Below, piece by piece: positions 54,314-64,000 of a DNA stretch of 64,000 nucleotides; the first letter of the stretch is position 1; each line of letters begins with the position of its first letter. Made by a program: the position numbers and the translations under genes. The stretch is from Octopus vulgaris (lineage: Eukaryota): the NCBI GenBank assembly GCA_951406725.2, contig OX597816.1, positions 107,570,001 through 107,634,000 on the forward strand. The letters are read 5' to 3'. The notes beneath the pieces were generated by a model. It saw only the letters and a list, made by a program, of their open reading frames with translations. It had not been told where the DNA came from and searched no databases.

Positions 54314-54789
54314 TATATATATATATATACATACATACATACATACATACATACATACATGCATGCATACATACATACATACACACATACATACACACAT
54401 ACATACATACATACATACATACATACATACATACATACATACATACATACGTACATACATACATATATGCTCCATATATAGGTGCTGCATATATATGTGT
54501 GTGTTTGTGAGCTGATTGAAGCAATAAATTAATACACCATAATGTGTTTCAAAGTACCATTATTGGCACCAGTATTTAGAACATGTGATTGTTGCTGAAA
54601 ATAAATTACAACCAAGAATTGCAGGAAGCATACAATAAACACTGGCAAATTCCTACACCAACGCTGACATCATAAACTCTTTAAAAATAGAAAGCATTGT
54701 TAAAAATACTTAAGATCACTTCAGTTCAAGCATCAGGACTAGAGTTTATATATTTATATTACTACTCGACTTTTGATTAATAATTCTTT

Positions 54790-55000
54790 TAAATTTTGGC
54801 ATGAGACCAACGAATTTAAAGAAGGAGTAAGTCGATTACATCAACTTCAGAACTTGATTTGTACTTTATTTTATCGACCCTGAAAGGATAAAAAGATAAG
54901 TTGACCTCGGTGGTGTTTAATCTGAGAACGTAAATAAGCCGGAAGGAATGCATTTAAGCATTTTCTGGTCTGCTAACGATCCAGGCAGCTCGCTGCCTCA
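54790..55000 (-). mobile_element. OR2-like SINE
   Basis: GGAGTAAGTCGATTACATC...TTATTTTATCGACCC.GAAAGGAT. Confidence 0.75.
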
Positions 55001-56992
55001 TGTTCGATTATTCGTATACGTATATACATGTAGGTGTAGTATAGATGCACGGTTAGGTGTTTGAATCGAATTCACGATGTCCCTGGTTCCATCCCACTAG
55101 TTGGCATCTTGGGCATATGAAAGTGCATAGAGAAAAAATATATGGACGCCCAACAACTGTATTGTAACTATAATTCAAAAGGTTCTAGCATCTTCATATT
55201 GTTTGACATGGTGATTCAGCATTTGAATCTTCACCGTCGAATGACGAAGATTTATTACACGTACAAACGTGGACACATGTACCCCAAGTATAGGAGGCTC
55301 GTTGGTTTGTCTATTGTCGCGCGATTACATAGAGACCTAAATCAATTGGTAGCCTATAAGAAAGCATCGTACCAACTACCAATTTATCCTCGAGTACCTA
55401 TTCAATTTCACCGAGGTTAACCGAAGCTTTCTTCGATAAAATACCAGTTAGGTACTGGCAATTTGATTTATTGATCAAAGTCGATAAAATGAAATATCTG
55501 TCATAAAATATTGATCGAGGGATTCGATGTGGTAGCGTTGATGTTTCACCGCTACCATGACAACAAACATTTTATCTTATTTAAGTATAAGTTCAAACGC
55601 TGAGTCAACGGAGGGGTGTTTCAACTATATGAAATTTCCAAGCGTTTTAAATGCACACGTCTGTGATATCCAAGTGTCTGTAAAGTGTCAGCAGAAGAGC
55701 AGCAACGGGTCATGACCTGGATAGAACCAATCCCTCTTAGAGATTAAGATGTTAAAGGACGAAACACTTGGCTGAGGTGTGTATGTGAGAGTGTGTGTGT
55801 GGGGGCTCTGAAGACCTTCTGCTGTTCAGTTCCCTTAACAAGGATGTGTCTCCCTCAATCATAATGAGCTGCACTACGCTGAGCGAGAGACATGAGGATC
55901 ACACAGAATCTAACCTCCTCTCCAATACAACCATTTTCATTTTATCGCAGAAGAACGTGGTCATGATGTTCTGGGTAGTATAGAAAGACATTATCTTCCT
56001 CCCCATTCCCTCCCCAAATCCTCCTCTTCGTTGTAATGACGATATTGTTAACTGATAGGGAAGTAACAAAACTAATCCCATTAAATTGTTCTAGAAGACA
56101 GTTGATAAACTGATATAAGCAAATTTCACATAGAAAATAAAATATCTTTGAAGCAGAAACGATAACAATAGTATTCTAAATTATAGGTTTAATTTCACAC
56201 AATGCTGACAAGATAAAATCAAGAGGCGGTAATTTTGAGAAACAGAGATACGCAAAAGGATTCATAAACCTTCCAATTTCAGTGATTGATGGCATCGTTA
56301 TAAAATTATTTTCTGAATAACGTCAAAAGTTAGTTACGTACTCAGAGAGAAAATGATGTGTGTATCCTATCTGATTGAGGTTCAATCAACTTCAATTAAA
56401 TATATATAAATACGTACTTTCATACAGCTTTCTCTGTATAAGATTAGACATACTAACGAGTGTTTTTCAGATCCAATCAATCTTATAAATAGTGGAGATC
56501 TACATCGTTTAAAAATGACTTCATTTTCTAAACAGCTACATCAAAATACACAAACAGTTTTTGCGTATATAAAAATAGACATGCTTACAAACCCAAACGT
56601 TTTCTACCATTTAAAGGTCATAAAAAAAACTTATCATTTCATATCGATCAGCTGTCTCTCCCGCCCACGTTAATTCTATCTCACACCACCTCTCTTTGGC
56701 TATCCTCTTTCAGTCCCCTGTACCTTACCATTACTATTTATTCCCTCTTTAGTCATGCGGTCAGCTCGGCTAATAACACTCTCATGTTTCTCTCCTATCC
56801 GATGAACTGTAAGAGCCCAAAGTTATTTTACTTTTCACAGCAATCAAACTTATCAATATTCTGTTCCTAGGTTAGTTGTTCTTTTGCACTTAAACATGAA
56901 TTTCCTTTTTAACAATAATGTCTTGGATTTGTAATAGATTTTTTGCTACCTCCGTGCCTTTCAGTGACTAAAGTGAAATGAAATATTAGCTA

Positions 56993-58085
56993 ACAGGTTG
57001 AGTCAAAAGTTTTTCGTATTTCATGTTTTAATAGTTCAAACAAATTGCATACGAAAAGCGTTTATTCATCAAAATACATCCCATCATATTCTATTGTTTG
57101 TTGGTATTGTTCTGCCACAAACTCAGTTCCACGCTTATACCATTTGTTTAGTTTAGAAGCAAATAACTCCCTGCACCCATACCAACCACATCTACATTGT
57201 TAAACCGCCGTCCTTGCGTCCAAGGCTCGATAAAGGTGGTCATCTGATGGTGCAAGGTCTGGAATCTATCCAGAGTAAAGCAGCACATCCAGCCCATCAA
57301 GTTACTCAAATTTGCACATGGTCACTTTGGTAGGGTATTCTGAGGCATTGTGTTGTAGGAGTGAGCGCCTTCGAGTGATCAATGTCGGATAGTGGCCTTT
57401 CAAAACATCATATACTTGCAGTAGTTGTTGGGCACAAATTTTAGCGTTCACAGTATGACCATCTGGGCCAAACTCAAAGTGCAAAACCTCTTCGAAATTC
57501 AACCAAACACACAAAATGACCTTCTGTTCAAACCGTCCCTATTTAACAATAGATTCTGAGGCCTGGCCGGAACGATGCCACTGATTTCTCTTATTAGGAC
57601 TACAAAATTAGATCCATTTTCCATCTCCGGTGACAATTCGACACCAAAGACTGTCATCTCGAGGATTTTCCATAATTGTTCGAAATGTTCACACGTCGTT
57701 GAACCAGTTCATAAGGAGCTTTTCAATGGTTTCTGTTCACATGGCCAAGCTTATTGAAATGCCGATTGATGGTGCTTTGTGAAGGATGAAGTTCTGCCAA
57801 CAATGTACGAGTGCTTGTGCTTGGTTGTTGTTCAACCATTTCAAGCATTCTATTCCACAATAGAATGTCTCTGACTTTGATTTAACTTCGAGGTTGTGAC
57901 TGAATTGACTCTAATCTATATATCGTTGACGGGAGATTCGACTGTTATGTCGCTAGTAGATGTGTCTCCCTGATGATCCCGAAACAGAGCGAAATCACAT
58001 GGACTAGAAGTTCCGGCAGCTGTAGCTTTCATGCACTACGATTCAATATAAGGTAACCCAATTTTCTGTGTTCTAACACACCATC
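56993..58085 (-). mobile_element. Decayed mariner element
   Basis: IVTGDGKWI, KVILCVWLNFEEVLHFEF, LLQHNA and PDLAPSD motifs. Confidence 0.85.
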
Positions 58086-58125
58086 CAAATTAAGCTGGAG
58101 ATATTGTCTTTATATACATTACACG

Positions 58126-58202
<77 letters not shown>

Positions 58203-58332
58203 GTATATATATACGGACACAAATACACACACTACACACACAACACACACATAAACGCGCATAAACACACACTAACACACATGCATATATACACATACAT
58301 ACATACTGCATACATACATATATATGTGTGTA

Positions 58333-58583
58333 TGTGTGGTAAGTGGCTTGCTTCCCAACCACATGGTTCTGGGTTTAACTCCACAGTGTGGCACCTTAGG
58401 CAGGTGTCTTCTAGCTCGGGTTGACCAAGACCTCGTGAGTGGAAACTGAAAGAAGCCCATCGTATGTATATATATATATATACACATGCGTAAAAGACTT
58501 TTTCTATTCCTGAGAGCTATACTAATACATCTGTTTGTTTTGTACACCACCTGTCTTCGTATTTTGTTTTTTTCGTAAACCTT

Positions 58584-58627
<44 letters not shown>

Positions 58628-58805
58628 GCTTGTGTGTCTGTTTTTCCCCCTCTATCGATTGACAACCGATGTTGGTGTGTTTACGTCCCCGTAACTTAAC
58701 GGCTGTGCAAAAGAAACCGATAAAATAAGTACTAGGCTTATTTGTTCGGTTATAGGCGGTACTCCAGCATGTTCGCAGTCGAATGACTGAAACAAGTAAA
58801 AGAAT
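58333..58805 (+). mobile_element. OR1-like SINE interrupted by an insert and (TA)n at ~58490-58625
   Basis: 5' half TGTGTGGTAAG...GGAAACTGAAAGAAGCCC; 3' half GTGTTTACGTCCCCGTAACTTAACGG...GACTGAAACAAGTAAAAGA. Confidence 0.8.
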
Positions 58806-60066
58806 AGTATTCTTAACGTTAATTTCCCCGGTTCTTTATCTTCTGGGTTCAAATGTTGTCGAGATCTTTACCTTTCATTGTTTCGCGGTCGATAACATAT
58901 GTACCTGTTGAACACTGTGGTCGATGTAAGCAAGTACTCCATCTCTATGAAATTGCTGCATTGTGCCAAAATCAGAAACAGATAACTCTCCTTATACACT
59001 CCACGTATACATACACATAGAGGCACACATACATATATTCATGAGTAGTTCACATTCTCATATGCGAGTTTGTATGTATATGAGTACAGGAATCGAGTGT
59101 GGACACACGTACACACATACATAAGTATATGCTTGCATTTGTGTAAAATCACCCTTAGCAGCTTGTTTCTCTTGCCTAAGTTTACAGCAAACGTTCTGTT
59201 AATCAGGTAAGCGGTGAATAAACTACGCAATCAAAAAAAAAAAAACGCTAATTGAAATTTGTTTTTTTAGTTAGTGAATGAAAACAAAATCCTAGTAGTA
59301 GTTGTTAGCGATTCTCAAAGAAAAAATGGAATAAATCCAAAATATTGAGAATTAATTTTCATTCTTATATAAAAACTGGAAAAGAAAATTTAGATGAAAT
59401 GATAGATATATTACAAGTTTATGCACATGATCAAAAGTTTGTTGTAAATCAAAGCTTTATCAGAAATGTCTAATGTTATTGTAGCCCAGGGCAGATTAGA
59501 AATAAATTTGATAAGTATCGGTGAAGATTTGGTTGCTTGAAATGTGGTAAAAGATTAAATCTAGCTGAAGTGTATACAAGAATCTATAACATATCTTGTG
59601 TAAGTTCTGGTGTGGTGTGTTATGTCACCAACTGGCTTTGTTGTGACCTCTAAAAACATTGAGCTGTGTGTGTGCGTGTGTGTGTGTGCGTATGTATGTG
59701 TGTGTGCGTGTATGTATGAGAATAGTTCATGTGTTTCTAGGTAATGTAATTTGGTACTGCAAGCTAAATAAGTAAACAATTAAGTTATACAATGTACCTG
59801 ATAAATAAACGAATTGAACTAGTATTGTTTTTCTTATTATTGAGAACTAATAGACTGCTCAGCAGCTAAAGTGAAAAGAAAGTTTCTTGACAACGCTATA
59901 TCACTTAAGTAAGTGCGTCATTGCCTAAAGGAGTCGATCAGCCAAGAGGGTAAGTGATTTATCATTACGCCAGTGTTTGAAGCTATTATAATAATGATAA
60001 TAATTATTATTTAACATTAGATAATTTCAGGCAAATTTCTAAGGTATCATCAGCTACTCCTCTGTG

Positions 60067-60140
<74 letters not shown>

Positions 60141-60693
60141 GAGTGAGAGAGCAGTGCATGCCATCAAAGTGACACCGGGGTAAAATATACGAAGCCCAGT
60201 ATACACATCAGGACTACACGTCTGATAAGGGTACACTAGGCACATGCATCACAACCATATGTGTGTGACATGGTGATCTCATATCAAGATAAACAGCGCA
60301 TGACCTTGCAGGTGGGGCCCAGTTAGAAATTTCTTCTGCTCGAGAAGCCCATCCCGTTCAAAAGGTCCCTGATTAAGAATTTTTAAGGATGTTGAACGAA
60401 CAACCTATGTTTTCAAAGGTGAATTATCCAAACCTCCAAGAATTCCTTTCAACACACGGCTACGATACTTCCCCACTACTTCTGCTCATGATCAGAGATG
60501 CATATATTGTCAGCCACTAAGGGACATGATCAACTGGTTATGGTCAAACAACTGACAAGCAAGTATGTGGTATTGAGCAGAATATCTGGTGTAGCCCATC
60601 TTTTATTCCAAGACAAAACAATGTACATGATAACACTTCCACTCAGTTAAGATCAGAAGCCATGAGAGCCACTGTCTGGTATTGCATCAGGGC

Positions 60694-60697
<4 letters not shown>
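60141..60697 (-). mobile_element. Non-coding ~557-bp element bounded on both sides by (TAA)n, candidate non-autonomous Dong partner
   Basis: Sharp boundaries with pure (TTA)n tracts at 60070-60140 and 60698-60753; adjacent to a Dong-like LINE. Confidence 0.55.
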
Positions 60698-60753
<56 letters not shown>

Positions 60754-63270
60754 GTTTTTTTCCTTCTTTCTTCAAATTTTCTTCCGTTTCTCGCCGAGTG
60801 TTTTCCATACACCTAGGGCAGAGAAGGACATTATATGCATTCCCAGATTACACGCGCAAATTCACAGATAAAATATATATTTAAAAATTAATAAATAAAT
60901 AAATTCATGGATGGATGTTGTTTTCACAGCGATAATGCTCTTCTCAGTACATGATCCGTTCCAGTTAATACGATGTTTTGCACTTCCTGTAAGGATGGTA
61001 AGCCTAGAATCATTTTCAAATAGGTTTCAGTACCTCTTTTTTATCATTCCTAGAGATCCTACAATCACTGGTACTGTAGTCGCCTTGAGATGCCACATTT
61101 TTTCAATTTCTATTAGCAGGTCTTTATATTTACTAATCTTGTCAAATTCTTTCGCCGCTATATTGTGATCACAGGAATACTCATATCAATTAATAAACAC
61201 ATCCTTTTTGTCTGATCTTTTATAATAATATCCGGTTTATTAGCTTTTATAGTCTTGTCGGTCTGCACGGGGAAGTCCCATAGAGTCGACACATTTTCTC
61301 CCTCAGTCACAGCTTCAGGATGATGTTTATACCATTTGTCAGCGGTTTTGATTTTATAATGCCGACATATTGTCCAATGTATATACTGGCCGACTCTGTC
61401 ATGTCTTGCTTTATATTCTACAGGTGCTAAGACTCTACACACTGAGATTAGGTGGTCTATTGTTTCAATCTCATCGTTACAGAATCGGCATTTGGGGTCT
61501 GCTCCATTTTTCATCACATTGGCTTGATAGTTCCGGGTTAATAAGCTTTGGTCTTGAGCGGCTAATATGAAACCTTCACTCTCTGCTTTTAGCCCTGAGC
61601 TTCGTAACCATTAGTGCGTGTGTTTCTGGTCGACATCAGCTTGTTTGCTACGGGCCACATACTTGCCATGGAGAGGTTTCTGTTCCCATCTGCTAGCTAA
61701 ATTTTCATGTGCTTTTGTTTTTGCAATTAATTTTATTTTCTTTGTAGCTGCAGTTGGCGCATTTCCTTCAGCCTGCTCAATCTGGTGGGTATCTAAGAGA
61801 TCAGCAGCGAATTTTTTGCTCTCTTTGAGAATAGAGTGAAGTTTTTGAGGTCTTTCATGTTTTTCAACAAGTTTTAGCATCCAATCGTTGGTTGTTTCAA
61901 GGTATTTGGCCAGTCCGATTGTGGTGGTTTTGTATGTAAGTTCAAGCTGGATCAAACCTCGACCTCCCTGAGCTCTATGAAGGTAAAGGCGATCCACGTC
62001 TGCCTTTGGATGGTGCATCTTATTACAAGTCAGTAGCTTGCGGATTTTTCTGTCAATTTTCATTACTTCACTGGTATTCCAGTTAAGCACATTGAAGCTA
62101 TAAAGAACAACTGGTACTGCTAAGGAATTTATGGCTAAAACCTTATTATATGCATTCAGCTCAGACTTCAGGACTGATTGAACTCTTCTGTAACATTCTT
62201 TCCTAACCTTTTCTTTCATGCTTGCATGCTGGATACCAGAGCCTTCATTTATTCCTAGGTATTTATAGGTTTGTTCCTGCTCAAGTTCCTTTATTACTAT
62301 TTCGACATCTAATTCGATTGAACTAGACTTTACCAATTTCCCTTTCGTAAAAGTGGCTTTGGCACACTTTTCAAGGCCAAACTCCATCCCGATATCATCA
62401 CTGAATCCTTTCACAGTATGTAATAATCCTTCAAGCTCTTCGTCATCTTTGCCATATAGCTTTAAGTCATCCATATAAAATAGATGGCTTATTTTCTGTT
62501 GTCAATTTTGTAGCCATATCCTGTTCTATTCAGTTCACTTGAGAGTGGTATTAGTGCTATGCAGAAAATTAGTGGTGAAAGTGAGTCACTTTGGAAAATT
62601 CCACAGTTTATGCTAATGTTGTTTGAGTGTACTACTCCATTAGAATGATATAATTGGAGCTTCGTGTTCCATAGTGACAAATTATACTTTAAAAAATCTG
62701 AAATCACAGGAGAAATTTTGAAAATGTCCAGCGATTTCAGAATCCACGAATGTGGTATACTGCCAAAGGCTTTTTTATAATCAATCCATGAAGAGCTGAG
62801 ATTTCTGCGCTTGTTATGGCAGTTCTCAAGGATCCGTATGAGCCTCGTCTGCATCCTTTTTGTTCAGTGGGAAAGCGGTTATTCTCTTCCATAACGTATG
62901 TTTTCTCTACTAGAATAGATATCAAAATCTTATAGGTAGTAGATAAACATGTTATAGGCCGGTAGTTTTTTGGGTTTTTCGTTTTGTTATTTTTGGGGAG
63001 GAGGTAAGTAATACCATTTGCCATCCAATGTGGTGTTTTTTCCGGGTCTTTCATAATACTATTAAATAGTATTACTAACATTTTGTGTGCGGACGAGAGT
63101 GATGAAAGCCAGAAATTTGGTACTCTATCAATACCAGGGGATTTCCACTTATGAGCTTTCCTTAGTGCCCTCCTTAGGTCGGCGATTCAGATGTCTTCCC
63201 ATACCTGTTTTTGTAGACTTTTGTAGACATCTTGGGTGCGTTTGATCCACTCTGCATTTTCATTGTATGG

Positions 63271-63352
<82 letters not shown>

Positions 63353-64000
63353 GGATCAGGTTCGGCCTTATTCCTGGCAGGATTTATATGGGTGGCGGGT
63401 TACTACCTGTAACTTTAGGCATCTGCAAGTTTTCAGTAGTCTTCCAAGTGCTTAGAACCTTCCTCTTAATTCTTGCTATCTCTAAGAGATAACCTCCACC
63501 TCATTTCAGGCACAGTTTCCCTTGTTAAAACTTTTACAACCTGGTCGTACTCCCATTTCTTATATTCTTCGCCTGCCAACTTGGAGTATTCTTCCACATT
63601 ATATGCTACTGTCTCGTTCCAAGTTCTAACACATTCTTTCCATATATATTTTTCCTCAAGTTTTTTTTTATGTCGTTTGATCTTAGGCTGCTACAATTAG
63701 GTTCTCTGCTTCTTTTTTGAATTGCCTCTTTTTTAAGCAACCCCTGGATTTTGTTCTACATAACTCTTCGGTGGCTCTCCAAAATTGGCCATGCAGAAGT
63801 TTCTCTTCGAGCTCTTTGATGTGCTCTCTACATTTCATTCTTGTTCTTTTAACCTATTACGCGCTTCTTCACCTGTTCTTTATTAACTGTCTTCAGTAGC
63901 TATTCTGTGCTGCTCGGTAAATACTCTTCTAGACTTTTTCTTTCCATCTGAATACTTTCTTCTACTGCTGTCAAACCTCTTACAACCTGGTCTCTCCTCA
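60754..64000 (-). mobile_element. R4/Dong-clade non-LTR retrotransposon (RT, CCHC finger, RLE), frameshifted, 3' end in (TAA)n
   Basis: NYRPITCL, EQKGC, WIDYKKAF, GIFQSDSLSPL, YMDDLKLY, YKYLGI, GGRGL, CRFC...ETIDHLISVC, RHD and NKPDII motifs; ORF stop at ~60924. Confidence 0.92.

Noticed and set aside
55600-56000. Possible host exon in a GC-richer segment
   Set aside because: No consistent open frame or splice pair; it faintly resembles a decayed LINE endonuclease region.
57970-57984. CTGATGA-TCCC-GAAA hammerhead-like core
   Set aside because: No stem II or stem I can form; it is a chance match inside a mariner remnant.

Overview
AT-rich animal genomic DNA, very likely an octopus (coleoid cephalopod), judged from the octopus-type tRNA-derived SINEs and the extreme (TA)n/(CA)n/(ATGT)n/(TAA)n content. 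Almost all listed ORFs are microsatellite artefacts. The only well-supported host coding sequence is one exon of an aquaglyceroporin (MIP family, 4711-4874, +). Two weak candidate terminal exons lie at 29956-30029 (+) and 40622-40734 (-). The rest is decayed mobile DNA: SINEs, Tc1/mariner and Sola-like transposons, Helitron-like elements, CR1/L2, RTE and R4/Dong LINE pieces, and Penelope-like elements (PLEs), including a Naiad-type copy with inverted terminal repeats in (TA)n. The main signal is a set of small fold-back elements in or next to (TA)n tracts that carry minimal type I hammerhead ribozyme motifs. Their catalytic-core 3-8 pair takes three complementary forms: C3-G8, U3-A8 (three families) and G3-C8 (two copies of one family). 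In two cases the inverted duplication ends at or next to the predicted cleavage site. Also notable are a 28-unit 48/51-bp minisatellite that keeps a 494-codon ORF open and a double-hairpin element at 52.4-53.2 kb. All calls were made by eye; no searches or folding were run.
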